Below the pieces are notes generated by a model that ran no database searches, was not told where the DNA came from, and worked only from the letters and a program-made list of their open reading frames with translations. A stretch of 64,000 nt of DNA from Amoebophrya sp. A120 (Eukaryota > Protista > Dinoflagellata), in assembly GCA_905178155.1 (NCBI GenBank), contig CAJINV010000007.1:2275151-2339150 (forward strand), in the 5' to 3' direction. This document shows positions 49,903 through 62,191 of the stretch, in pieces; position 1 is the stretch's first letter; the number at the start of each line of letters is the position of its first letter. A program made the translations under genes and the position numbers.

Positions 49903-51405
49903 GGTGATGCTTGTTATCGCGTTGCGCTAAACTAGAAGTTGATAGGATTTACGCAGATTCGGATTTTTTTTTTCATCGTGAGTACTAGTTGACCGGAGTT
50001 GTAATCTTAGTAGATAGAAGGGAAGCTGCGGGTAAGTACAACAACACTAGCATGCAGACAAGGGGAAAACACGTGTTGAAGAACTCCAATCTTCTATAGG
50101 CGTCGGGGGATACCGTCTCAAAATTGCATAGCTTCAACTTCAAGAGTTCTGTTCCTGTTACACATAGACTTTTGATGCTGATGTTTTTCTAGAACGTAAA
50201 AAATAAAGGGAGGAGCATCAGTAGTCTGCTGTCTTCCGTTATCGGGAAGAGAAGTTCAAGTTCTTCAATAAATTACGGCCGGCGGACGAGATTTAGCGAT
50301 TTACGACGACCACGAACGTGTACGCACGAAACCAGTACCGACGTTCTTTTCGAAAACAAAGGTTTGGTAATTGAGCACGAGCATCGCAACAGGAAAAATT
50401 CAGATTGCACCACGACATGACCGAACAAATAAGGGCCCACCTACGATGGCAGATGAAAACGACGGGGACCGATCTACTCTCAGCTCGCCACAAAACCGAC
50501 GCAAATTTTTGTACGTCAGAAGCAAGTGACAACTGAGCCTTCGTTCCCTGAGATACGCAACCGCATGACCGCAAATTCTTACTGTGGAAATTTGTAAACA
50601 ACGAAACAGCAATCGCAGCCAACCGTGGCATTGCAGCGGTGCTTTTCGCGCTCGTCGTCTTCGTGTATCGTTGGGGACAAGGAGCTACTTTTTCTTTACT
50701 TTATGAGCTTTTGAATAACAACTTCTGCTCTGGTTTGGTTTTCCATTTGTTTTCATTTTCAACGGCAGACGCGGAAGCCGGCAGAGCCTTTTCATTTTTC
50801 CAAAACAAGACGAAACTTCAAAACGGGGCGTCAATCAGAACAGGCTGCGTTTCTCAACACTGTGCGATAACATTGACTTATGCCTACACGAGTAGGCTGA
50901 TGACTTGTGTTCTCAAGGATAAGAAAAAGATAAAGAATATCAATCAAGTGGGGAAATAACATTATCTTCTTACGTAGGGTATTTTTCTTTTTACTTCTGC
51001 GTTTAGACCACCGCAGCTGGAGCTACACCGAAGATTTATGTTGAAACAGAATTTCAATTTTGTTTGTGAGTCTCTCTCTGTTCTTCGTCCACTATTAGTT
51101 CTCACTGTCATTCGTCTTCTTCTGAGCTAGAATCCGACACCCGCGCCACTCCGGACGACGAGCTGCTCGTGCTCGTCCTTCCACCCCTGCTCGCGAGCGT
51201 CGACCGTCTATGAACTATCGAATTTCTTATCAAACAAAAGAATAGTAGCCTCCATGTCCATCCTGTCCCCGTGTGCACAACAACAAGAAGATCACACCTG
51301 CATGACTCAAATTCTATCTCAGTACATCGAATAAATCGATGAACGTGCTCCTGTAAACGTATTTGAAGTCGGGCGCACGACGTTCAAGGGTAGAACTAGA
51401 AGCAG

Positions 51406-54400
51406 CTAGCTTCTTATTTTTGTTTTGATACTTTTCCGTTTCTTCGCACAGAGCCGTGTAAAGCAGACCGCCAAGCCAAAAGCGATGATGAGACAGCAAA
51501 ACATGCAAACCAAGCCGAAGATATCCACAGAAAAAAACCCATCCACATCCAATTTGTCATGCAAAAAATGGATGTGGATGGGTTTTTTTCTGTGGATAGA
51601 AGAGGAGCAGGTCGTAGAACTTTTTCTGCTCCTCCGCCAGCCGCTGCTCGTGCTCCTCCCGCAACTGCACAATTTGCTTCCGCATCAGCTCCTGCTGCAA
51701 ATCGGTGTTCTCGTGCTTCGCCAGATTCGCCGCAAACTTCACGTCCAAGAGGTCTTGCGCGATCATTTCCCGCTGCCGCTCGCCTTCCCGGAGCAGCCGC
51801 GTTTGCTCCGCGATGGACTTCGCTAGCTGCTCCGCCTCAGCCCCCGTGCCTGCTGATGCTGGATCTCCACCTGGATGCTGGTCGTCATGACTTACTTCTA
51901 GGGAAGCCGGAACATCAGCAGAAGAGCCAGCAGCTCCGGGCGTTGGAAGTTGTCCTAGAAGTCCTCTACTCTCGTCTCGTCCACTAGTACCAGCACCACC
52001 TCCTCCTCCTCCCCCGCCCATACTTCCGGTTGTTCCCCCGGGCGAGTGGGGTGGCGGCTTTGCCCACGAGGCCAGCTCCGGCCGCAAAGTGCGCCGGCGC
52101 ACCTGCAAGTCCCGAATGGTCGACCTGCGAACCTGCAGATCCTTCGTCAATTGCTGCTGGCAAGCAGTGAGCAGTTTCTGGCGGTAGAGCACCGCCTCGA
52201 GCCGCAAGTCGGCGTCCATCATGCGCCGCTTGAGTTCGAAAAAATTGGTGATGGTAAACGCGGTGGACAGCTTGTTACTTGACGTCATTATTCCTGCTCC
52301 TTGTCGGTTATTTTGCATCTCGTCCGTTGCAGAAGTTCCGGAGTTTGGTGGAGACAGAGCTACCCCTGAAGATTTATTGCGAACGAAAAAAACCGCGCGC
52401 CGTCGGATACTAGGAACCGCCGCCGTCCCAACATGTTGAGAAGACACAGCGGGCGACGATGACCTCCTATCGCCCAGCAAGGTTGATGTCACTACAGGCA
52501 CCATCAGGATCCCTGTTTCCTCGGGCCACCAGTACTTGTGTAGTACGTTCCCCTTCTGGCCCCAGCGCCAGGGGATCACGTACACAAGCCACGTCATGGG
52601 TAGTTGCTGGTTTCTTGTTTGTGTTGCGGAGGAGGTCTCGTCAACTGTAGTAGAAACTCCAGCCCTCCTTGTTCCTTCAGAAGACCCGGAAGAACTCGCC
52701 CCCGCGGCCAGGCGCTCCATCCGCTTTCTCTCCGCCAATCGGAGAGAAACCTGGTCTTCCTGAAAACGTTTCAGTGCCGCGTTGCGCAAATCGATTTCAT
52801 CTTCCACGCCACTCGTGGGGATGTGGTCGTCCCCCTGCTGTCGGCGGTGGTGCACCGAGGTGCGGAAGGTTGCATTTTTCACCTCCTCGGGAGAAGGTTC
52901 TTGTGAATCCATTCTTGAGCTACCGACTGCTGGTGGGCCTGCAAGATGAAAATTGCGATTCTTTCTTGCGTGTTGCTCCGAGGAGCTGTTTGTGGGTGGA
53001 GAGAGCGTACAGGCCTCGTCCAAGTCTTCCAGGGTCATCTGCAGATGTTGTTGCTTTTGAAAATTAGGCACGGACAATGAGAAATCCGTCACGTCGCCTT
53101 CAGAACAGTTGCGAAGGTCCGACTGTTCCTTGTTCGTGCCCGTTCCATTTCCGAGAAGGCCTACTTTCGGCGGCAGTGTATACCCTTCCTTTACCAGTAT
53201 CTCCTCGACACTGCGCTGCACTTCGAGCAGAACGTTTGCTTTGCTCTTCTCAGGCCGCCAAAAGAAAAACTCCGCGGTTGTGCGGAAGGGCGAGAGGGCG
53301 GAAGAAGTGCGTTGTTCTACTTGAGTCGTGTCGTCCGCAGGAGTCGCGCCGTCTTTGAAAAAAGGCACGTTTGGTCGTGGGCAGGTGTTTGTCAGGGCAC
53401 CACCTGCAGATGGTGTTTGATCTTGTAGCTTTCTTGTCGCCCCCCTCGCGTCTCCAGCAGCTCGAGCTCCTCGCTGTGGTTCAGAGGTGCTCGCAATTCT
53501 ATTTCCGTCGCCTGCCGATGTAGTTGCATCTTCGACAAGATTCATAGCCGCTTCGCCGGAGGAACCAAACGTCGAAAGTTGCTCTCTCCTAGCTTATATC
53601 AAATGTAAAAATGTCTGGGTCTGGAACAATGCAACTTGTCATGCTAAATCGGAATCATGTAAGAATCATGTGTGTTGCATGATTACCAAAAGCTGTCCAC
53701 TTTTGACCTAATCGAGAGGCAGTTTCTCATGCACGATAGGCATGATAGAACTCTCACAGAGTCTGTCATGCTATGTCCTTCATGCCAGACCTCATGGGTC
53801 ATGGAGAACCTGCATGACAAATCGCGCATTCTTCCAGACCCAGACATTTTTACATTTGATAGCTTCTTCCCGATCCTCCTCCAGCAGCAGTGCGGAGGGC
53901 CTAGGCCGCCCACGGTCACGGCTCGAGGCCTGATTCACGGCATTACCGCCAATGCTGAGCCTGCGGGACCGCCCTGACGCGGTTGTGCGGTGCGAAGATG
54001 AAGTGGATATGCAGGACCCAGCGGACGCTTGCAGATGGTCCGCGGACCCGGCCTGGTGTGGTCTCACCAAGCCCGACTGCCGGCGGGAGGAAACAGACGT
54101 CGCGGGCCTATTTGCTCCTGTGGTGCAGCCGCCGCCCTGCAACAGGTTCAAGTCGGCACCACCGCCAGCAACACCACAACATGAAGACCCTGCAAAAGCG
54201 TCCGGCACAATTGCCGCGAAGTCCAAAAATTCCTGCGAAACTTCCGGCACCAAGTTGCCCGGCTCCGTCGTCGAAATGGGGTGGCGGAGCTGAAATTTCG
54301 CATTGGCTGGGAGGTGAAGGAATTCCGGAGGTTTCGCGGCTTCGGAATGTTGATGAAGCGGAGGGGGCGTCGTGACGGGTCTAGTTGGCTCACCAATGCT

Positions 54401-57120
54401 CGTCGAGTCCGGGTCCACTTCTCGAATATCTGGCATGTTCTGTTGTACTTCTACACGCTCGGAGGTCCGATCGCTTTCATGATCGTTATCCACCGCACCC
54501 TCCACTCGGTCGTACACGCCACTCGCCAAGCCGCTTTTCCATTCCGGCGCGAAGGAGCTGGCCTTCGCTAAGCGAGAAAACCGCAACGGGATTTCCAAAT
54601 CGCTCTCGTCCAAATAGGTCGGCGGCCGCAGCGGAACCGCGGCCCTCCTGGCCCGCTGCATCTTGTTCAGCCAATTGGAGCCGCTGCTGGTCGTAGTGGA
54701 GGTAGGAGCCGCGGGCGTCGGGGCCTGAGGTGGACCCATGCCGCGATCGTTTTTTGCTTGTCCACTGTTCTGAGCCGCTGCGTGCGCGTTGGCGTTCTTG
54801 CCCTCGATCTCGGCCGCCTGCTGCAACACGCGGTCTTGGAACTCCAGAAATTTCCGGTGGTTTTTCCGCACCGCCGACTCGAGTCGGCCCTTGATGATCT
54901 GTTTCCAGAAAAAAACCTCGTCCTGTTCTTCCTGCAATGCATCCTTTCTCGCGTAGTCCTCGAGTGCGGCCTGCTTGTTGATCATGTGGTCCTCGCATGG
55001 GCCACGAGTCTGCAGCAGATCCTCAGTGCTGCTCGTCGGGTCGACGTTTCGTCGAGCGTCAAGCGCTGAACTTTGCCGATCTAGGTGTCTTCCACCCGAG
55101 TCAGTAAACGATTCGTCCTGCGGACAAAAATTTGTAGCAGATGGTCCTACTCCCGCGGGCGCAGCCAGCTGCGTAGTTGGTGTCATCGCATTGCCAGTCT
55201 TTTCGTTCGAACTTTTCCACAAGCCTGCCAAACCTGTCCCTGTAGGAACCTGCTTCTGAAACTTGTCGACACAACCCCGCGGATTCCAGGGCGGTAATCG
55301 CTTGGGGAGCCAAGGTGGGTAGTGTGGACTCTCGTTTTCCTTGTACGCTGCAATCGACGCGGTTGTGTTCGCAGTTTCGTTTCTAGCACCTTGAGCGTTC
55401 TTGAGCTGCAATCTGTTACCACCGATCTCACAATGCAATCCTGGCGCCGCCGCGGCCGTTTCTGTAGAAGAGCCACCACCCCCACCTCCCAGAGGGATCT
55501 CGGAGGCGGAACCGGAAGAGCAAGTCAGGTAATTATCCTGCGTTCGTTCTTCGTATCAAATGCAAATATGTCTGGATCTGGAAACAGGAAACTTGTGATG
55601 CAAGCCAGGGAATAGTACTGGGCGCACTGTCATACGTGGCCAAGCATGACAAGAAGCTTTTGAGCTGCTATGTGTAGCTTATTCCGCATGGCAGACTGCG
55701 GCTGCGCTTTTGCGTCACAGACATCAAAACGATCCTTTTGCACCTACGCATGACAGAGCTTCGAGTCATGTGCATGTCAGACAAGCATGACATATCTGGC
55801 AATCTTCCAGACGACCCAGACACATTTGCAATGCATAGTTCATCGTCCGGATCCTCGTCCGAACACGACGCGAATTCGTCTGCAGCGTGCTTCGTTCTGA
55901 GGTTCGTGGAGGTCGACGTCCACAAACTCCCCGGCGGGTAGCACTTTTCCGCAACCAACTCCCTCCTCGCACTGTTATGCGCGGTCAGTTTCACCTCCCA
56001 GTTCTTCGGCGGTTCCCGTTCCAAGTAGTAGTGCGACCCCGCGCCGAAGGGCAGCCAGGAGCTCGGGCCTCTGCAGCGAAACTTGTCCGACACGACGGCG
56101 CCGGTGGCAAGCTCGACCACCTCGCCGAGTCCGTCCCTCTCGCGGATGTCGTGCAGGAGAAGAACGGTAATTCTTTTCAATTTGCGAAACTTCAGGTCTT
56201 CGGCGGACGACGGCCACTTGCGCTCGGCGCCGCGGGCCTGTGCGTCTTCCTCGTCCGTGGGGAATTTCCAGTTCTCGATCTTTTCCCTCAAGGAAGAAGT
56301 AGGTGGCGTGGGTGCGAGGGAGGAACTCCTGCTGTCGTTCGCATTCACATTACGATTACCTCGCCCATCCTCGTGCCCGACGGCGCCATAATTTCCAGCT
56401 GCATTGTTCGGAAGTGGTAACAGACTGCTCTGCTGTGGTCTCGGTATGATTGATGCACTTGTTGCACCTGCTCCACCTGCGCTGCGCCCAGCAGGTCGTC
56501 GCGGCTGCAGGTCATGTGGATCATCCAAAAGAGGATGGGACGACCAAGAAGAGCTTGTCTTGGGCTCCGGGGTGCTGGTTCCATGATACCAGGTGTCGAA
56601 TTCATGGTCGGAGACCACGTACAGACCAGCGGCGCAAAGTTTAGGCTTGCTGTGGTCAATATCAACTGTAAAAATGTCTGGGCCTGGAAGATTTCCAGGT
56701 TTGTCATGCATATATATTTCGAATGAGCTATGATGCCTGTAATGCATGACCTAGCATGACAGATTTTTTGCGGGTATCTTGATGCCTATCCCGCATGACA
56801 AATGCTCTCTCCGCGGAGCAAAAACTGGACGCCTCTTGCTGCTCACGCAATACAGATTTTTTCAGATTCCAAAAATAGCATCACAAGTTGCATTCTTCCA
56901 GACCCAGACATTTTTGCAATCCATAGTCAATTGTCGTGGCTTGTTGCGCGGACGAGAGCGATGCCGGAGGCGCGATGGTTTTCTGCTGGTGGTGCAGCTT
57001 TCGCCCTATCGCCAAGGACGACCGATTGGTGAGACCTGAGAACGATAGGACTGCAACGCAAACGCAGTGGATGAAGAATAGACGAGCATGGATCAGCCTT
57101 CTACCCAAACAGAGAAGCAT
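51406..57120 (-). CDS. Large hypothetical protein (~1600 aa): N-terminal hydrophobic leader, low-complexity body, coiled coil, C-terminal TM; exons 57120-56926, 56654-55838, 55548-53862, 53591-51599, 51516-51406
   Basis: Five ORFs join in one frame when four TIR elements are removed (TTID|HSKP, DDE|xRTQ, EEA|RREQ, LLLF|GLVC); start codon uncertain. Confidence 0.75.
51522..51598. mobile_element. Miniature introner, family C (77 bp hairpin)
   Basis: Perfect 30-bp TIR TATCCACAGAAAAAAACCCATCCACATCCA around a 17-nt loop; perfect direct repeat GAAGA (51517-51521, 51599-51603). Confidence 0.92.
53597..53861. mobile_element. Introner/MITE-like element, family A (265 bp)
   Basis: Perfect 30-bp TIR TATCAAATGTAAAAATGTCTGGGTCTGGAA; flanks GCTTA / GCTTC; removal joins ORFs 53792..55438 and 51557..53545 in frame. 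Confidence 0.92.
55554..55837. mobile_element. Introner/MITE-like element, family A, diverged (284 bp)
   Basis: Degenerate TIR TATCAAATGCAAATATGTCTGGATCTGGAA / TTCCAGACGACCCAGACACATTTGCAATGCATA; flanks CTTCG / GTTCA; removal restores frame. Confidence 0.85.
56660..56925. mobile_element. Introner/MITE-like element, family A (266 bp)
   Basis: TIR TATCAACTGTAAAAATGTCTGGGCCTGGAAGA / TCTTCCAGACCCAGACATTTTTGCAATCCATA; perfect direct repeat GTCAA (56655-56659, 56926-56930). Confidence 0.92.
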
Positions 57121-58534
57121 GACGCCGTTGCTCGGTCTTGAATCTCGTCCCGTAGCCGTAGCGCGCAGCATCAACGCTGAAATAAAAGCTTTCACATTGC
57201 GATTGCAATTGCTCTACTGTCGATGTCAGTCTATAGGATCTGGAAAGAGGAAGAGCAAGAGGTATAATACACGCAAGCGTGACCACCTTGAGTCGGTCTT
57301 GCAATTTTTGCATCACTGTGTGATCGTCTTTATTACTTAGTTGTCGGATCTCGTCGGCCTTTCACACAAGTGAACAGCACGAGACATACTCTACTGGTGT
57401 ACTGTCAATGTCGCCACCCATCAAGAACATGAAAACAACACATAGCACCAATTTAGATTTGCAATTGGCAATTACAAGAAACACAAAAACAAAGTTCATT
57501 TGCATAAACCGTCAACGTCATCAAGATGAAGCTCAACATGGTGAAAAAATTTACTTTGCGTTTTGGTTTTTTGTTTTCCTTTAATGATCGTGTGGATGAA
57601 CTACTTTGTTCTCAAATCGGTACTTCTACTTTTGCAGATAAAGGCACGCGGGCCACTCAATTCGGAAAACTTAAACTCTGATGAGTAAGAGACCATAGTG
57701 TAGAAAGAACGACTTCCGAGGGTGCAAGCAATAAATCTCGAGTTGTGGCAAATCTGAAAGCGCTTCTGCAACAACACTCGCTTTTGGAAAGAGTAGGTAA
57801 GAGACTCAAAGAACAAAAGTCGAAAAAAGAAACCGAGCGAAACAATGATGTACATAACTACAGAGGAGCGAAAGCGTAAGCGAAAGGGCTGCGTGCGCAT
57901 TGAGATTGCGGTTTTGCAGGCATCGAACCATCAAGTGGGGTACATTTGATAAGGAAAACATATTTCTGAAGACATTCATTTTTTTATTGGTTTCTGCGAG
58001 CCTGCTATTTCTCTTCCTAGTGGTGTTCCTAAAATGTGATATTGAAGCTTTCGTGTTGTGCAATATTGAAGATCTCTTGTTGTGCACGAGCCGCACGTTT
58101 GATAAAAGAAAAGCGTCGATGATAGACACTATTTCTTCTAGCTAGTTGATATAATTGCACTTTTTTTTTGTCATTGTCGCTTACTAGAGGCTCCTTTGGC
58201 CCGTTGAAGATGACCAACTTTATTTTTTGTCTTACATATCTCGTATCTTGCGTCTGCGTCTAGAAGTAGAACTCTGCTATGGCCTGCGCAAACACTCCAG
58301 CACCACGCGGCTGGACGAAAAAATCCACCGGCGCAATTTTCATTGGAGGAAGCTCTATTCTCAAGAAAGTGGGACCAGCGCCAGTCTGTTCGTGCTACGT
58401 GTATTAAATGACCGAGTAGAATAGAAAACAACATACGCTGATCAACATAGAGGCCCATTTTAATTCGAGCACCTGTAACAGGTTAAAAAATACTTACGTC
58501 AATAAAAAGTTAAAGTGAGCATGACATGATCTCC

Positions 58535-61500
58535 TCAGAGCCGCATACGAAACGGATCATCATCTTCAGCACTGTCAGTGACAACTTCTAAATCGGAGAC
58601 GGCAGCTCCGTCACCAGGTCCAGTACCTACTGCATGTCCGGCTCCGGCGGCCTCTTCACCGTTACTCTCTGCTACCATGTTGTTCTCCTGAGCCGCACCG
58701 GAGACAACCGCCGCCACAGACGCTGTAGTACCTAGAGAAGTGGTCGGCTCATGACGGGGAGGTGCAGGAGCTGGCCCGTCTCGCGATTGTTCGGACAATA
58801 TTCCCGGCTGTACTAGTTGTGCAGCTGGTCGAGGCCCGTAGTGCGCTAGAAACTGAGGCGAAGCTGCGTCGGAGGAAAATAGCTGCGCTTGTGTACCGCT
58901 CGTAGTAGAAGTTGTAGGAGCTGCTGGACCAGCTACTGCTTCAGCACTATCCACACCATAAGGCGTACCTTGTTGTGCTTGCGGCGGTGCAGCTGCAAGA
59001 AGTTCTGCAGTGGTCCTTCTTGTTCCCGTTGTGGCCGTGAGATCAACAGGGCTCGCAGGGTTATGGTTCCCATTATTCGTCTGCTCCACTGCCGCTCCTG
59101 GTGGCCACCACTGCGACCTCGGTATCGCCGCCGATGCCGGGGGTGTTCCAATGTAGTAGTTGCTCGGCGGCGGGCTCAAATCATTCCAATCCGAGCTCCT
59201 GTGCAGAAAATCATGGACGTAAGAAAAGCCACTGCGGTGTGCTTCTCCATGATGAGCTGCATCTTGTGGTAATTGCTGATGCTGCTGCAGCAGCTCCTGT
59301 GCCTGGGTAGCTGTCGGCGGAACAAAATGCAACGCGGAGGATGCCAGTCCCATGGACGAGAAAGGAGTAGGGTGTTCCTGGTACTGTTGATTGTGTAACG
59401 AAAGCGAGGAAGAGGATAGGGTCAGCGGGGTCGCTGTAACATTCGCTTGCTGGTGGTGGACATGGTTTGCAGACTGTACTAACCCTGAAGAAGACGAAGA
59501 TGTCCCTCCTCCACGTTCGGTGGCCGCAGGAGCCCCAGTCGTTGTGAAAGCATAATTTGCTCCATCGCGAAAAAATCGCTGCTTGGTCCGTTTCGCGCCT
59601 TTTGGAGTCGTTAGGAGTAGTTGTTTGCGATGGAGCACGGCTGGACTGCCAGGGTTCCACGTGCGGGAGCACTGATGTTTTTGGTTTTATCTTTCTTGGT
59701 GACCAACATACAACAAGAACAAGTGCACTACTACGACAGAGAAGTAGGCAAGCATGCTGCAACGCAAAAACAAGTAAAAGTAGAAACTAGGGCGATGAAA
59801 AATTCGCAAAAATCTCTACATGTTGCATCCACCACTGCGAGTAGGGGTCCATGCACTGCGCTTGCGCGTACATCTGGTAGTTCATGCGCTGCAACTGCAA
59901 GGCCGACTGCTGCCACGATTGCTGGTACGCCTGGGCATACGCAGCGGCTGCCGTAGATGTAGTACTTGCGGCAGCGGCTGCAGCGGGGAGTACCGAACTA
60001 CTGCACCACGGGTTGGGGGTCCAAACGTGCGGACTTTGCGGCGGAGCGGCGTCGTGTTGAAACTGATAATTTTGCGACTGGTGTCCGAGCGTTCCGCTGT
60101 CAGGACCAGTCACAGTCTGGTAGATATGTGGGGAAAGTGGCGGTGCTGGAGGGATGTGGTGCATGAGGTGGACGTGCTGTAATGATGCGTCTTGTGGGAA
60201 GCTGGAGGGTGGATGTGGTACTGGTGGGGAAGAAGGTGACTGGTTGTATAATGGGAGTACATTAGCATATGGTGAACTTGCTGTTGCTCCTCCAAATGGA
60301 AGATGTGTTGCAGGCGTTGCTGGTGGCGAATATGAGTTGTAATATGGCGACGCCGACGGGGACACACCTGCTCCGCCCGCTGTTGCTGGTGAGGAGGACT
60401 TATCCCGTGCAAAAGCATCGCAGTCCTCGTACTAATTGCGCTCATAACGCGTCATGTCAGCAGATGTGGAAGTTTGCATTTGCTACCTGAAGTCTGCATG
60501 ACCACACATTCATCAGTTTATTTTCCTTTTGAACTGCAACTGATCATTATTTCTCACGCGTTTATTCACACCTAGCAGTAGGGATCACGGTGCTTTTGCA
60601 ATGAATAGGACTCAACAAATGCTCGCTCCACCTCGTCCAAATAGTAAGCGACCGGTTGTGCTTTTTGCTGTCTTCTGCCGAAAAGCGGTTCGTTATTTGG
60701 CCTATGAGCAGTGGTCGTCTCAGCCTGTTGCCCTGCAGGTGGGGGGCGAGCTGCGTGGTCTACTGGGGATGTCGTCGTCCCAGTTGGATGAGGACCTGTT
60801 GTAGTGCTGGCGCGCACAGAGTTGCTTGCCGTGGCGCTGCTCGGTTTTTGCGTTATAATATCTCGGATAGCATGCGCGAGTGCGAACGCGCGCTCGTCCT
60901 CGTCAGCTCCGATTGCATTTGGTTCTGTCGTCCGGGTAGTAGCAGTTGTTTGCTGGCGCTCGACGGCTATGCTTGGTGTTCCATCATGAAGATGACCTGC
61001 TCCTTCACGGGTCGTGCTACGTTTTTGCTGAGCGCCCCCGGCGTTTTCATCAGTGCCAACTGATCCACCTGGTCGGGCAGGTTCAGAGTCTGGCTCTTGG
61101 TTTTCATTTTGATTTTTATCGTGTTGATGTCCACCTGCCGCTCCATGATCGTCCTTCGAGCTGCTCGTGCTGAACAAGAAGCAATCGAACAAAGAGGTAG
61201 ATGGAGTTGTGTCTTCTTCCTCTTGCTCTTGTGTAGTATTCCGTCTAGTGCTTGGCGCCGTGTTCGCGGTTTCAGCCTCCACTTTGGGTGGCCCGCCTTC
61301 GTCGGCATTTGAACTTGCGGCGCAGGTAGAACCAGCTGGACGAGGCACCGTTCTCGCGTCCCCGTCGGCGACCCCTGCTGCCGTTCCTTGCGGTGTCGGC
61401 ACGGGAAACCACGGGTCGCTGTAAGTAGTCCCGGTTGATGATTTGTGTTGTTGAAGATCATAATCAACACCGAAATCATAGAACGGTAAGAAGCTTTCCC

Positions 61501-62191
61501 TGGCGGGTGTCGGCGGAACCGGCACATTGATTGGTGAGGAGGCATCAACAAGCAGCTGCGGTGGTGCTGGACAAGGAGGAGATGCAGTTCCTGCTGACGT
61601 GGGAGCAGCTCCACCTCCTGCCAGGACAACTCCCTGCTGTAGCAGTCCGGGTTGTTGAAAGAATGGCGGCAGCGGTAACCCTGGGGGAAAGATATCCAGA
61701 GAATTTTGCGCAAACTGTGCGGCTCCAGGCTGCGATTGATGTTGGAATGGAAATGGAAACAAGCCGGAACCTGGTAGTGGTGTTGGTGGCGGGGTCGAGC
61801 CGGTGGGAGCAAAGTGTTGCAACTGTTGTTGTTCTTGGCGCGAAAATCTTGTGCTGCTGGGACCTTTATTGCCCTTGGAGATCGCCCCGCCCTTGCCGCC
61901 CCGCTGCAGTTCCTCCAGCACTCTTGTTCGCGTCGACCCATGGCCCTGGCCCTTCTTGTTCGCGCCCCCGGAGGTGCGGGCATGTCTAACGCCGGGAGTT
62001 GTACTTGACGACGAATTTAGAGCGTTTGGAATAAATGAAGAACCGCTGCTGGTACCCTTTCCTCCACCGCGTAAGCTTATCCAGCGTTGGTCGACGTTTT
62101 CGTTTTCTCTGTAGTCCTGAAGCCTCCGCGTGTAAGTATTCCTTTTGCGGCTCGCGTGGTCAGGGGAAAACAATCCGGGCGGACGGAGCAA
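58535..62191 (-). CDS. Hypothetical Pro/Gln/Ser-rich disordered protein(s), probably one multi-exon gene
   Basis: ORFs 60572..62191, 59787..60365 and 58535..59638 have similar composition; plausible GT-AG intron between the last two, first junction unresolved. Confidence 0.5.

Noticed and set aside
24783-56925. Recurrent TGTCTGGGTCTGGAAGA as CRISPR repeat, and recurring ORF peptides such as KCKNVWVW or MSGSG
   Set aside because: Dispersed inverted pairs, not a repeat-spacer array; peptides are just TIR translations
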